A stretch of DNA of 64,000 nt, taken from positions 1,976 through 65,975 of IMG/VR virus record IMGVR_UViG_3300046794_000491, one strand, 5' to 3'. The position numbers were made by a program, and so were the translations under genes. This document shows, one piece after another, positions 39,701 through 46,526 of this stretch; position 1 is the stretch's first letter, and every line of letters begins with the position of its first letter. Source of the stretch: a virus (Duplodnaviria; Caudoviricetes). A model generated the notes under the pieces. That model was not told the origin of the DNA, searched no databases, and saw only the letters and a list, made by a program, of their open reading frames with translations.

Positions 39701-42700
39701 CTGATGTAGTCCTCCTGGACCTCCGGGCGCATCTGGATCGACTCGAACGCGGTCTGCGTCAGGATGATCGCGTCGTAGTCACCGGCCGCAGCGCGGGCGA
39801 TGAACTCGCGCCGGCCCTTGCCCGCCAGGTCTTCGCTGCTCGCGGTGAGGATCCGGTTGTTCGCGACGGACTCGGGGAAGATCTCCGCGAACTCGTGCCG
39901 GAACTGCTCCAGCATGTGCCCCGGCACGACCATCGCGGCCTTCTTCACCAGGCCCAGGCGCCGCAGCTCCATGACACCCATGGCCATCTCAGCCGTCTTG
40001 CCCGCACCGACCTCGTGCGCCAGGAGCACGGACGGCTCATTGACCATCCGGGCGACGGCGGCGTGCTGGTGGGGGTGCGGGTCGAACCACTCGACCAGGC
40101 CGGGGATGGTGCGGCGCTGCCCGTCGTAGGAGCGCGGCGCCATCGAGTTGAAGTTGTCGTTGTAGTAGCGCTTGTGCTTCTCGGCGCGGTCGGAGTCGGC
40201 CCACAGCCAGTCCGTGAACGCCTCCCTGAGGAGGGAGGCCTTGGCCTGAGCGTCCTCGGTGGCGTCCTTGTCGTAGACGCTCTTGGCGTTCTCGCCGTGG
40301 CCGTCCTTCTTGGTGACGACGATCTTGCGGTTGGTGAGGATCGCCTCGGCGATCTCCAGAGCGGTGTAGCCCTTCGCGCTCCACGTGTGCGCGGTGCGCT
40401 CCGCGATGCTCTTCTTCGCACCGTCCGGGGCGTCCACCGCCCACAGGGCGCCGCCCTGCCACGACACCTTGATCCGCTGGTCGTTGAAGGTCTCGCGGAG
40501 GAACTGTTCGACCGGCTCACGGCCGATCCAGGAGGCGCCCATCGGGGCGGCGATTTCACCGGTGGACAGGTCGGGCGGGACGACCCGCTCAAGGTGCTCG
40601 ACGTTCAGGTCGTAACGGCTGTCGTCGGCCGCGGCGTGGCGGGCCTCGTCGAGCTTCTGGCGGACGTTCCCGGACAGGTAGTCCGCGGCCGTGACGAGCT
40701 TGCCGTCCGGGGCCTGGAACGCCATCGGGTACTCGACGCCGGTGTCCGGGTCGACGGAGCGGGCCGTCAGCAGTCGCGCGATGGCCGTGTCGGCGTCGGT
40801 TCGCATGACGCGGGCGAGGCCGTCGGCGGTCAGCCGGCCGTCGGTCTCCAGCACGATCGCGAGAGCGTCCTGCGGGTCGTCCGCGTACTTCGCGATCTCC
40901 CGGTACGTGCCGAGTCGCTTGCTGAAGATCGGGGCCTTGGTGGTCTTGCCGGTGGTGTCGTCGTACTCGTCGAGCGGCGTGATGTTCGCCATCGTCGGGT
41001 CGTTGGTGAACAGGCCGCCGCGCGCCGCCTTCTTGCGGTACGTCTTCTCAACCTTCTCCCCGGTGTCCGGGTCGACGGCGGTGCGCTTCGACCACGTGAA
41101 CCGGTTGATGGCGCCGAACTTGGAGTGGTACGCGTCGTACTGCTTGTTGAGCGCCTCGCGCAGCCGCTCGATCAGGGACTCGTCGGCGTCCTTGCGGTTC
41201 TCCTCCGAGAGGAGGGACTGGAACGTGTCGCGGATCGCGAGGAGCTGCCGGGCCTCGTTCGCCTGCGTCTTGAAGACGGGGAAGGGGTGCACCATGCCGT
41301 CGCGGACCTGCGTGAAGGTCCCGTCCGGTTCGGCCTGCACGTGCCCGTCGACCCGGGAGGAGCCGGGCGGCAGAAGCGTGACCCTGCTGCGGCCCTCCGT
41401 GTCGGGCTTGTAGGCGAGGCCTGCCGCCTTCGCCTCCTCGACGGTCCGCTTCAAGACTCGCTGGAGGTTGGCGATGGTCTTGCCGTCGCCGTCCACGCGC
41501 AGCTCGTTGTCACGGTTCATGCCGTGGCCGACCGCGAGCCTGCCGAGAACCTGCTGCGGGTTGTCGTGGAAGTAGCTGTTGTAGAAGACAGGCGGCTCGG
41601 CCTGCTCCGGCGGCGTGTCCGCCTTGGGCGGGTTCTGCCCCGGCAGGGCGTACGTGGGCAGGGAGTGCACCCACATCGGCGGGTCGTTCTGCGTCCGCTC
41701 CGACGGCCGCTTGACCTCACCCTTGCGGTTGCGGCCCGATGTGAACGACTTGCTCTTGTCGCGGCGCCGGAAGATCAGAAGGTCTGTCATCACCGACGTG
41801 CCCGCGGTGCGCTGGTGCGCGCCGGACGGCAGACGGATCGCGCCGACGAGCTCGGCCTTTTCCGCCATCTCCATACGGGCGGCTTCGCTGCGCCCGCCGT
41901 GGCCGTCCATCGTCAGCGCGGACGTCACGACCGAGACCAGGCCGCCACCACGGGTCAGGTCCAGGGACTTGAGGATGAAGTGGTTGTGGATGGAGTGGCC
42001 ACCCTTGTTGTGCACCAGGTCGGGCACCTTGTACCGGCCGAACGGCACGTTGCCGACCGCCGCATCGAAGGTGCCGTTGGGGGCGCGGGTGTCACCGAAA
42101 GACTCATGCCGGACTTCGGCGTGCGGGTAGAGGGCCTTCGCGATGCCCGCGGTGATCGAGTCGACCTCGACACCGGTCATGTGTGTGCCGTCGGGCGCGT
42201 AGCCGATGAAGTTGCCGACGCCGGATCCGGGCTCCAGCACACTGCCGGCGTCGAATCCGAGGTCGGTCAGGGCCGACCACATCTGCTGCACGATCTGCGG
42301 GTCGGTGTAGTGCGCGTTCAGGGTGTTCGCGCGGGCGTCGTCCCACTCGGCATCGGACAGCAGGCTCCGCAGCCGCTTCGCGAGCGGCTGGAACTGCGCA
42401 TCCGGCTGCGGCTTGAAGATCTGGGGGACCGCGCCCCACCCGGAGTACCGGGCAAGTTCCTGCTGCTCGGCCCCGGTCGCGGGACGGTTCTCGTCCTGGA
42501 GCCGGCGCAGGATCTCAATGGCGGCGATGTTCGCCTTGGCCCGGTTGACCGGGCTCGACGGAACGAGGGTCTTCCCGTCGGCGGGCGGCTCGTAGGCCGG
42601 AGCAGTCGCCTGCTGCTCCGGCGTGCCGAACGCTACGGGAGCGGAGGCAGCTCCACCCGCGGCATGTCCTTCGTCTCCGTCCCCGGATCCTTCGGCATCC

Positions 42701-45700
42701 CGTACACCATGTCCTGAAGCACCCGCTCCCGGGCCCGCATCCGGACCGACTTCAGCTCGCGAGCCCGCGCCACCGCGTCCGTCCCCTCCCGCAGCGGAGG
42801 AGCCCACTCCTCCGTCAGATCCTCGATCTGCTGCACGATCTCGTCCGACCGCTCCCGGGCGAACTCCTCGAACGCCTTGTCCGTCGGGAACCGATCCACT
42901 TCCCTGGCCCGGTACGTCTTCCAGAACGTCCGAACGAGATCCACGTACGACACTGTCATTGCTCCTCTTGTGCTGTTCGGACAGGGCCTGTCGAGCGACG
43001 CTCACGTTCTCACGCGCCAGGCGCAGGAACTCGGCCGCATGGGCGTGGTCGCCGCCGCGGCCGCGCAGCGCGCGCTGCATGCCGTCGAGCGCGTCCTGGA
43101 ACCGGCGGATTGCCTCCGACGGCTCGATGTCACCGCGCTTCAGCGCGTCCACGGCGTCTCCGGCAGGCGCCGCTAGGTCGAGCGCAGCGGGCGCACCGCG
43201 CAGCTCGGTCAGACTGTTGACGACCGGGCCGAGCTGCTGCTCTGCCAGATCGAGCGCTTCCACGATGTGGTGGCTGGCGGCGGTGACGGCCAGGGTGGGG
43301 CGCTGCTCGCCCGGGGCGTCGTCCTGCGGCTCCGTAGGCACGTCGGACGCGGCAGGGGGAGCGGGCGGGCGCTCGCTGTCGTGCTCGCGCACCAGGTCCG
43401 CGAGGGCCGCCTCCTCGGTGAGGAACGGCTTCTTGGAGCTGTAGCGGGTGCCGTGACCGAGCCGGTTCCACGTCCAGCGACCCGCAGAGCCCTGGAGCGT
43501 GGCGTCGTCCTGGTTGTCGCCATCGACGGCGGCGGGGCGGTGGCCCGAATCGTTGCGCGCGCCGAGCTGGACGCGGGAGAGCTGCTGTGCGTACGCCTGT
43601 CCGTCGCGGCGCTGGGCCTCGGCGAGGATCGCTGTCTTCTCAGCCTGGGCGCGGGCCTTCTTCGCCTGGTCGCCGGAGGACAGGGTGTCAGACCAATCCT
43701 GGTCGGCCTTCGCGTAGGCGGCGTCGAGGTCCTCGCGCGACACCTGCGACCAATCCCGCTGCTCGGGCGCCGCCTGCGGGGCTGGCTGCGGGGCGTCGGG
43801 GTTCGGGGTGTTGGCGCGGTTGCCCGCGTATGGGGTGCCGTCGGGGCGGGTGATGTCCTTGAGCGCGTGGGAGTGGGTGCCCTGCTCGGCGCGCACGAGC
43901 ACCGACCCGGAGTCCTTGTTCACGGCCATGACCGAGCCGACGCCGTCAGGAGAGTTGACCTCGTCGCCGGTGTTGGGGAAGTCTCCGTCCGGCGTTGCCT
44001 GGGGGGCGTTCGGCGCCGCCGCGGCCGGAGCAGCGGCCGGAGTAGCCGCAGGGGTCGGGGCGGGCTTGTTCTGCTCCTCCTGCCGCTTCTCGTACTCCTT
44101 CGCGAAGTACGAGTCCGCGTGCCCGTGCTCGATGTCGAACCGGCCGCGGACATCGTCCATCCGGTTCCCGAATTCCTTGCGCCACCCGCCGATACGGTTC
44201 GGGTTGCGGCGGAACAGCTCGGGGTCCCACCAGTCCACCGGCTGGCCGGGCCGCGACGGCTCTTCCACCTCGCGACCGATCATCAGCGCGAACCGGCTGG
44301 CGTCCTGCCGCGACTTGAAGCCCTGTCCTGCGCTGCCGGTGAAGCCGATGCCGCGGCCGTCGTAGGCGCGGACGACATTGAAGTTCTCCGGGCCGCGCTC
44401 GATGACAGCGAACGCGAAATGGTCCGCCAGAGTGATCTTCAGGTCGCGGTTGTTCGCGAACTGGCTCAGCCGCTCCTTGGTGTGCGCGTCGAACGAGGGG
44501 TCGCCGCCGTTCTTCCAGTACTCGCGCAGCTCACCGGTGGTGCTCGGCTTCCTCGTGCGTCCGTCAGGGGCGGTGTTGGTTCCAGGACCGACGTGGCCGA
44601 CGCCGATGTTCTGCGCGGGCGCGCCGGTGGTGTTGGCGATGTTCTGCGCCGCCTGCACGAGGGGGTTGGGCCGCTCGGCCGGCGCCGGGGCCGGGGGCGC
44701 GGCGGGGGCGGGCGTCGCAGGCGCGGGGGTGCGCTTCGCGGCAGCGCCCTCACGCTTCTTCGCGGCCTTGTCCGCGAAGGCCTTCTTCGCCTCCTCGCTG
44801 GCCTGGCGCACCATGGCCTGGCCCTCGGTGGACTCCAGGCGCTTGTGGAAGTCCGGGGCGTCCCAGTCGAAGGGCTTGCCGTCGCTCTGCGCGGCTTCCA
44901 GGCGGTTGGCGAAGTCGAGGGCCTCGCCCTTGCGGTCCGACATGGCCAGGCGGACGCCGCTGTTGGAGACGATGACGGCGTACCCGGACTTGCGCTTGCC
45001 GTCCTTCTCCACGGTCATCTTCGCCACGACGAACGTGCCGCCGCGGGAGAGCTGCGGCTTCTCCAGCTTGTCGAACAGGGCGGCGGTCTCCTTGCGGTGC
45101 CGCTCCTGCTTGGCCTTGTCGGAGGTGACCGGGACCAGGGTGCCGCTCTGCCAATGCTGATGAACGTCAGCGAGGGTGTTGAAGCGGCGCTGGCCCTTCC
45201 CGGCGGCCGACTTGCTGCGCGAGCCCGTGGTGCCCGGCTGCTGGCCGGGGGTCTTGTAGACGGTCTCGCGAGTGCCGTCGGGGCGCCACGCGCGCGGGAC
45301 AAGCGGCTGATCGTTGGCGAGCTTCCTCTTCGGCGCCGGGATCGGCTTCTTGCCGTGGCTATCGAACCGCTCGTAGGCGAAGTTCAGCGCGTCGGCGAGG
45401 TTCTGCGCGTAGCGCGCGACATCGTCCTGGCCGTCGTTGTGGGCGAGCTCCGCGAGGTGCTCGGCGTCGTCCGCGGACCACGACAGCTTGTCGACCTCGG
45501 TCGGGTCGAAATGATCATTCTTGTCGTCGCCGACTTCGAACGGTGCCTCGTCGCCGCTGAGCCAGCCGAACAGCTCCTCGTACAGGTCGCGCGCTTCGGC
45601 GTTGTTCCAGTCCTCAGGCCAGACGCCTTCGAGGTCGCCGAAGTAGTCGACGCTGAGGTCACGCAGCGCACGGCGGGCATGGCTGGTGTCCCAGAACTGG

Positions 45701-46455
45701 CTGTTGTGGTCGTTCACCTTGGGGCCGGCGGCGCGCAGCGCGTCACCGTTGCCCATCACGTGCTGGTTGTGGATGGCCGCGCCACGGTGGTCGGCGCCGC
45801 CTCCGGTTATGGACAGCAGGTCGGGGAAAGAGCGCTGCGGCGCGTTGCCGCGCTGCGTGGCATTGCCTACGCGGTCGCCGTTCTCGTCCTTCGGGTTGGC
45901 CATGACGCGGCCCTGCGGGACCAGCAGGGGGTCATCGTCCTGGTTCGGGTCGTCGGGGCCCGCGCCGTGGTCCTGGCCCTCGATGTCCTGCCCGATCGGC
46001 TTGCCCTCGTCGTCATGCGTGTGAGGCTCGTCGGGGGTAAAGCCGTTGTCGCCCGGGTCGTTCTCGCCGTGGTCCTCGCCGTTGTCGTCCTTCGCCGGGT
46101 CGTGCGCGGCGAATCCGTTGCCGCGGTTCTCGTCGCCGAAGCGCCGCTCGTCCTCGTCGCGGACCTTCTGTTTGCTCTTGGTCGGAGCGGAGCCGTCCGG
46201 GCGGGCGACCATGGTCAGCCGGGCCGCGTTGATGCGTGAGCGCTCGTGCGTGGCCAGGTTCTCCACCAGCACATCGCGGCCGCCGAGAGCGCGCAGCACG
46301 CGGGCCATGCCGCCGCCCCACATGCGGGCGATACCGCCCGTCTCCACAAAGCGGCCCTTGGAATCGCGGGGGTGCAGATCCGGGTTCCAAGTGCGACGCA
46401 GCCTCTTGGTTTCGAGGCTGGCGAGGATGCGGTCTGCGGCGCTCATGATCGGCAT
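24751..46455 (-). CDS. Giant polyvalent protein (~7,230 aa): N6-adenine MTase + SNF2 helicase (DarB-like) + UvrD-like SF1 helicase + repeats
   Basis: VLEPGSGVGNF / GNVPF; AHEVGAGKT / VDEAH / TATP / QRNGR; ALAGTGKS / DEAQD / VGDSNQAIYGFRGA / TAHKSKGLE; N-terminal WNPDLHPRDSKGRF; start ATG 46455 fits the leaderless promoter. Confidence 0.9.
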   Translation of the reverse strand: MPIMSAADRILASLETKRLRRTWNPDLHPRDSKGRFVETGGIARMWGGGMARVLRALGGRDVLVENLATHERSRINAARLTMVARPDGSAPTKSKQKVRDEDERRFGDENRGNGFAAHDPAKDDNGEDHGENDPGDNGFTPDEPHTHDDEGKPIGQDIEGQDHGAGPDDPNQDDDPLLVPQGRVMANPKDENGDRVGNATQRGNAPQRSFPDLLSITGGGADHRGAAIHNQHVMGNGDALRAAGPKVNDHNSQFWDTSHARRALRDLSVDYFGDLEGVWPEDWNNAEARDLYEELFGWLSGDEAPFEVGDDKNDHFDPTEVDKLSWSADDAEHLAELAHNDGQDDVARYAQNLADALNFAYERFDSHGKKPIPAPKRKLANDQPLVPRAWRPDGTRETVYKTPGQQPGTTGSRSKSAAGKGQRRFNTLADVHQHWQSGTLVPVTSDKAKQERHRKETAALFDKLEKPQLSRGGTFVVAKMTVEKDGKRKSGYAVIVSNSGVRLAMSDRKGEALDFANRLEAAQSDGKPFDWDAPDFHKRLESTEGQAMVRQASEEAKKAFADKAAKKREGAAAKRTPAPATPAPAAPPAPAPAERPNPLVQAAQNIANTTGAPAQNIGVGHVGPGTNTAPDGRTRKPSTTGELREYWKNGGDPSFDAHTKERLSQFANNRDLKITLADHFAFAVIERGPENFNVVRAYDGRGIGFTGSAGQGFKSRQDASRFALMIGREVEEPSRPGQPVDWWDPELFRRNPNRIGGWRKEFGNRMDDVRGRFDIEHGHADSYFAKEYEKRQEEQNKPAPTPAATPAAAPAAAAPNAPQATPDGDFPNTGDEVNSPDGVGSVMAVNKDSGSVLVRAEQGTHSHALKDITRPDGTPYAGNRANTPNPDAPQPAPQAAPEQRDWSQVSREDLDAAYAKADQDWSDTLSSGDQAKKARAQAEKTAILAEAQRRDGQAYAQQLSRVQLGARNDSGHRPAAVDGDNQDDATLQGSAGRWTWNRLGHGTRYSSKKPFLTEEAALADLVREHDSERPPAPPAASDVPTEPQDDAPGEQRPTLAVTAASHHIVEALDLAEQQLGPVVNSLTELRGAPAALDLAAPAGDAVDALKRGDIEPSEAIRRFQDALDGMQRALRGRGGDHAHAAEFLRLARENVSVARQALSEQHKRSNDSVVRGSRSDVLEDVPGQGSGSVPDGQGVRGVRPGAVGRDRAADRGSDGGVGSSAAGGDGRGGAGSRAEVGPDAGPGAGASGHGVRDAEGSGDGDEGHAAGGAASAPVAFGTPEQQATAPAYEPPADGKTLVPSSPVNRAKANIAAIEILRRLQDENRPATGAEQQELARYSGWGAVPQIFKPQPDAQFQPLAKRLRSLLSDAEWDDARANTLNAHYTDPQIVQQMWSALTDLGFDAGSVLEPGSGVGNFIGYAPDGTHMTGVEVDSITAGIAKALYPHAEVRHESFGDTRAPNGTFDAAVGNVPFGRYKVPDLVHNKGGHSIHNHFILKSLDLTRGGGLVSVVTSALTMDGHGGRSEAARMEMAEKAELVGAIRLPSGAHQRTAGTSVMTDLLIFRRRDKSKSFTSGRNRKGEVKRPSERTQNDPPMWVHSLPTYALPGQNPPKADTPPEQAEPPVFYNSYFHDNPQQVLGRLAVGHGMNRDNELRVDGDGKTIANLQRVLKRTVEEAKAAGLAYKPDTEGRSRVTLLPPGSSRVDGHVQAEPDGTFTQVRDGMVHPFPVFKTQANEARQLLAIRDTFQSLLSEENRKDADESLIERLREALNKQYDAYHSKFGAINRFTWSKRTAVDPDTGEKVEKTYRKKAARGGLFTNDPTMANITPLDEYDDTTGKTTKAPIFSKRLGTYREIAKYADDPQDALAIVLETDGRLTADGLARVMRTDADTAIARLLTARSVDPDTGVEYPMAFQAPDGKLVTAADYLSGNVRQKLDEARHAAADDSRYDLNVEHLERVVPPDLSTGEIAAPMGASWIGREPVEQFLRETFNDQRIKVSWQGGALWAVDAPDGAKKSIAERTAHTWSAKGYTALEIAEAILTNRKIVVTKKDGHGENAKSVYDKDATEDAQAKASLLREAFTDWLWADSDRAEKHKRYYNDNFNSMAPRSYDGQRRTIPGLVEWFDPHPHQHAAVARMVNEPSVLLAHEVGAGKTAEMAMGVMELRRLGLVKKAAMVVPGHMLEQFRHEFAEIFPESVANNRILTASSEDLAGKGRREFIARAAAGDYDAIILTQTAFESIQMRPEVQEDYISRRVERLREKIFRQKDADGEGNDTRLVKRMEASLKSLEEKLDKKLSGLKDAAGLHFEDMGVDYLVVDEAHMYKNLDTPSSVAAIDGSNRASDLEMKLEWLRERSSTGRVVTFATATPVANSIAEVHTMMRYLRPDLLKELGMLDFDDFASTFAQMVSAVERSPDGSYKEKTRLAAFQNVPELLRLWRSFADVKTAEDLDLPVPGIVGGKAVTITMPMSPAQEEYEARLRIRAARLEGGNVDPKEDNHLKLLGDGRMAALDPRLLDPSLGGGNKLPTVADNVVRIYGETKDAVFPTSKTDATPHETPGGLQIVFLDLGTPKDPGRSKKRKKKAGSGSEADEMDAGLADDGSELSREDEETYTDFSTYDELKSLLIARGIPSEQIRFIHEAKDDAAKARLFNDARSGKISVLLGSTAKMGTGTNVQLRAVALHHVDAPWRPADVDQRNGRVIRQGNANAEVAIFQYATERSTDAKFWEAIARKAKFIRALMRGSLSERVVEDIGPVTFDADEVSALTAGDPHLIAQAQLKPLVNRLRGRFNAYRRSQEGFKQAIRDSAQAEEWTKQYVAQLQKAVEKRKTTRGDDFNARIGTTDFEGGDARDDARRALNTALRAVFADGMRRPYDENAPATRIGQVGGLDVTARFVRTRSIGNQWYDTVRVDLPQVPGAWQDYEDHELIDHDGKPRSLPLSRIENSIANIDERINRAEHRRADKKRAAEQAAGRIGKPFELATEFDESTRQLDLLNEIMRLKAQPTVTEEDTAKRNKQIDSLDAELRAMSSDQEDVLAQVAARDVNLVPKTPAPPAISQDDKGRVKWIWPTTEARDAERAKKLAAKREAFLARTSSSAQAAPAQPDALGMNNADLKEETDQLAERISKGEATDADVVRHAGLEREQQRRAKNRQAKEKPATPTGQGDESASSNPSASDDTTTPPQQAPAEPNLTTAQAAALESALNSVRSPDGRQIEAHPNVLRRLLKLGYAEERSKPRVGGGSITYYVLTPEGERRAKSIGEEREKARAARLAELDAADEAPEGESQTDTTPSPSQDSPEPVQRPAAPANGIPGASPQQPPAPRTTPPQEDRPRPARNQADTVRPFANAREWSAGMATVEAAQGQVTRAAETTWGRDVPGTARSLRDNVFAAIAAQEAGDFDDAAGSLVAAQDDAQALRSSLDDVDRPGMEDPLSNFMRTADDYLARHAVSVEKRRREDAQQGSIEREAQEQFRRSLMGDQASASEAPEAPAAGSVAPSTAAGWRDGDFQPGDTVHFRNPNAMNALQKGEFVRSTGPGAALLRNPQGAEREVQYIDVVGRTRNGEFQQNPQSPTPQANRQDQQPTPPTPEPAAAPAASTGGTAPQAPRPQRTAPSDVRPVPATPPADMSADQLGEELDSLDERIESLKGATDPVDLAYRFRLEQRQFELDEEERRRWKPTVEHDENGKAIPRKRGDVIRDRLAGYGLNDAETRGLAHRVEDLPAAKPGGYSDDEWARIDAEASANESYPPTEEQGIIIEGAARRGLNMAVMALAGTGKSSTLKMLSHRMPGKRIVYLAFNRSVANEAREAQARGEYAQNLTASTANSYAAKVADKRLNNRLPSNKRDGFKKLSAQQIADRMRWYDTVKAGNRDLSPGGAATVAERMIRTWAKSADAEMGPQHITGAKTKQEARDLFNAVKPLADRMWANLSDPTRGDADEDLTMDFDYIVKMWALGGYKIDADTLFWDEAQDVNPVMEGVVRGAIDQGVQVVAVGDSNQAIYGFRGAADALGKLPVDARATLTQSFRFGPAVADVGNRFLRLLGTRMRLKGFDRKKSRLGNIKPGDETMVIARTNAGVALAAVEALAAGRRVAVSGGVKDLQEFVQAARALANGEHTDHAELARFNGMAYDDILDAVKDDPDLSQLKSLFQLLEKHPDEIDQLMESGAQSARSENVGGRVWVTLDWNDPKAGQLKRWLGDAKTNGVGKLLYDPATRRYYYEPGKRNVPWKDARTGRSGEHRVDNKLSLEDAQKKIDAHLAKLYPQEEAEGGRLVPETQEHDVLVTTAHKSKGLESERVRVADDFRGPERDDNGNIKWDTMPDDEALRVAYVSVTRATDVLDSGSLGWVFEAVNDEDPTQPPTGEYRRDWVPDDFKTGDRINFQGEDGTFHTGEVARVDAPGLIARYEDDGQRREQDISVAQVQRLNGQKQPLLPVASDGELNQAIAEGRYPSAGGDAPVKLDPEQVRNDLADLRGDAIAPETGDANAPQAPAAADTPQPADTEPTPTAPEADNAPAAGTGAWAEGDEVITPQDEQGTIQHVADNGVALVATDIGLRPVALSELKRPGQDMSEAEAVRQAETRGRRAEEDAWLAAAATSEGAPIKTMDGYRLANLDVDAGHGAIMRDGEMVAWIRARGPKGEATWLAQDARGGRPMTPAAAVSEGDGEDGIYHSIERAAWSAAYGADSSVDPSRGQGVTRPEDQRGPIMGTLLTEAQFREFQDLAKRWESSDDADLRHVGTKYYAGPVSAGQMRHAADAVDSEADALDLSTADGRRREKLYRGLAKGLRSQARSLEASATMAPPGEHDPFSRRGMQPDAPESGDGARGDADVPEWADDLGNGIWVDKPKKGVSGPRNIYVDGRIEGLLGRDKDTDEYYWWRPGGQRGEGRYDTPEEAARGFARDMQDRDLPSLSNREGDAEAGPSDSADGSSEGDNSTPNDDVSDGGQGQEERDQTDERDDSEDNNDDRDGRRRRRNRLGNGAGGAGGPGLPGVPHLSGPGDGNRGTAPGAGGSGGNDRNGGGRAPHASGADTNSGPDENGGRFLSLPELAEHWSQVERLVTPEGEKLLFGPDPKARTAELAGQTTQVRIDEVHVPHTWYKGRYIGNIRANGQKLKEWEAQLPFPGAGVHDTPRFSSRNAALAYLVLASEAHDNYRDVSRISPEQAREFRFMSVDDHREEDQAALAAYSPEGKERLAALKQLMDSLHNGQSPSDNVADDLANAFTGAQWLYENFPRPDTTEGVTGLRSSLGRVMERSSFALDTISPEHPLAHNHARQRDEDAAAYMHGQLAKVKKEDAETVAPEGLRNGDLVEISGLADVSFGPERRKEQGYIVGEPIKTTIDIGRKGGPVSGWRITVSDTPFIPPGRLAKRRTFLIPDKNKGITRFARAEDTGLPTDEIIRVGRPGQPEGTPDAGRAVPTGDAPASAAASQYGINSAHPLGERRAGTVDGRRIPTPEEMEQYEVGEDRAIDDEGERALFGSPERMQELAAQGFVPEPRIRSDKDGEVWRNGRLIGNLREPNRHGFYTEEPPQLWEGELPLATYLHEPRFTTRDQAIAYLVLRDMEQGEPDLSIVHPDIAWDFSHTNPGLGFPPEEEGLRGLESLNDSPAAMERYRKIRALVDALGRGETVSGNVADDLDHLHDELRWLDSTHYKHQPADLKHKYILGPGWLADQIREYLDVLRPEDPRAMHHETSKARAAKQFLSTLLDEGGRDNSRKVPVTDLRAGDIVHLAGRVTDRYPGATDSRTGYVVGEPSKATFTVNKKRHKGLRITVADSPVGAHKLDGNTFIIPVGDSVERLASVDDITLPVDEHTYGRQVGETPVATPERTAGTPSGEARTTAQNAEEPRPDSDTRTNAPAADAQRSTPETGSSAADRPAPAARPEPETAQQAAADQAEPEAPAEPEPVGGRPAEWVKVSDIAMGDLVRIDGITKRGTSRTLAGYVVGGPELVPTEQARKVQDMYRVLIADTPDGKGARGSVWVAQDATAARATGDASDTGSLQTGADSDVLTGRISGRVANDADGNGLFPGSTVTDDDGREGVVVGATAGTAQVQFGDDRTDDAHAPSSLTVTDGGAARPTGWTPDGHRVDTGNVVGDRDGNMLGTVEEVDGDTATVATPQGMEPMSIRDLRVLGGSDSSGPADEKVAHVEPVTAGEIQPGDVLVRGNRTVKVKTAQHSGQTSYLGLEDTTSGDTNTLAVPSDTEMQRAAAADGGAPDLGPEDAPLANDPITTHEPAPAVDPVTGPTVDPELAPEERDAIADRGTAPSSDPDAEQAAARIGRDLPVTPDQASALADDLREGADTSTPEGRAAKRAADHLDQAAGQAGAADDGGMTTEARYLQTGDVIEAPVNGETSRLLVVEANRSEDGNTVDLQLANADGRFIHQTVGARVPFRPVPHDGNDVGGGVSEQSDRRIVPATGLKPGDHLVFGPGTNGSDWFTRKVQSVDVSDGRVSVQLEGLAGGPSSTRHFQILGGRGGAAELTTVMDKERPAAAWFASNQARLTGEAPNTPAPDSAPSGRPEPGTVGSVGVGDTIALPDETNPDTMGAYRVVDVADAPGGIRILTVEDGDGQRSERTLTATDPLYQLPEPEAPAAGPDTEARDPNQGLDPEAFQADYADAVARAVIGNAIQGTSTPGSIHQLREQIAEQLTLQAMRSLMRKLRQDFVNVVDGTGITGDARERMLAELRKTAMQTRTDAVKAAVRTLDDLEPLDGESPEDMARRAADLLRLIPESLRNRPKPEPDSAVPDDVPGDGGAASRIDDEVSSHVGDAVGDALAAADDGPLTPERRAAIVARLAQRMADSRNDTAGRIAANLPEGQRPGLMAGIVAALMQIARRIVELVAAFLKALAAGVKATGRAIARFGKGLGRRIRSWPETRRLRRMASAARSLPRPGDGMSLAEKVAHWAQLLPAPGRFGQVARRSRWYRSAARTTLAAGQLPQVQDGVRWTMDRAADRGPGRQALRHLAALRAAGADVDADLIARLTAAAPELGDDPHGTVRHARRYADRTEARLRDLRAVAAGTNAPDLAPEIAAARLEAQHAQQEAERLQQAYTAALPSAVRDTLSQVREMGPGGRNRLTLSHSSDAAATRALTDAAQYVPREWLADRASRFMTAVSGDAGAYDADSGTATIADLGDGGRATAAHALLAHLQRNYPDLLAAQEAFGFTRTHTGRPGARRSTLDVLLARLFGGQADQVTDEQIAARGLATMFSGDWYRDDDLRAFLLGLLATR
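42633..42959 (-). CDS. Nested same-strand gene, TnpV-like protein (108 aa)
   Basis: Different frame inside the giant ORF; AAGAGGAG before ATG; globular helical sequence FWKTY...FEEF...IVQQIEDL...RMRARERVLQD. Confidence 0.7.
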   Translation of the reverse strand: MTVSYVDLVRTFWKTYRAREVDRFPTDKAFEEFARERSDEIVQQIEDLTEEWAPPLREGTDAVARARELKSVRMRARERVLQDMVYGMPKDPGTETKDMPRVELPPLP

Positions 46456-46462
46456 GCGGCGG

Positions 46463-46492
46463 ACCATGCACACCGGGGATGGTTAACGTCGC
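46463..46492 (-). promoter_or_regulatory. Putative late promoter GCGACG-N18-CATGGT, leaderless
   Basis: Followed by CCGCCGC-ATG, the same 7-mer as at 49947. Confidence 0.65.
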
Positions 46493-46526
46493 GGGCTCGA
46501 ATTTCGGCCGCGGGCGGCGGAGGCTG

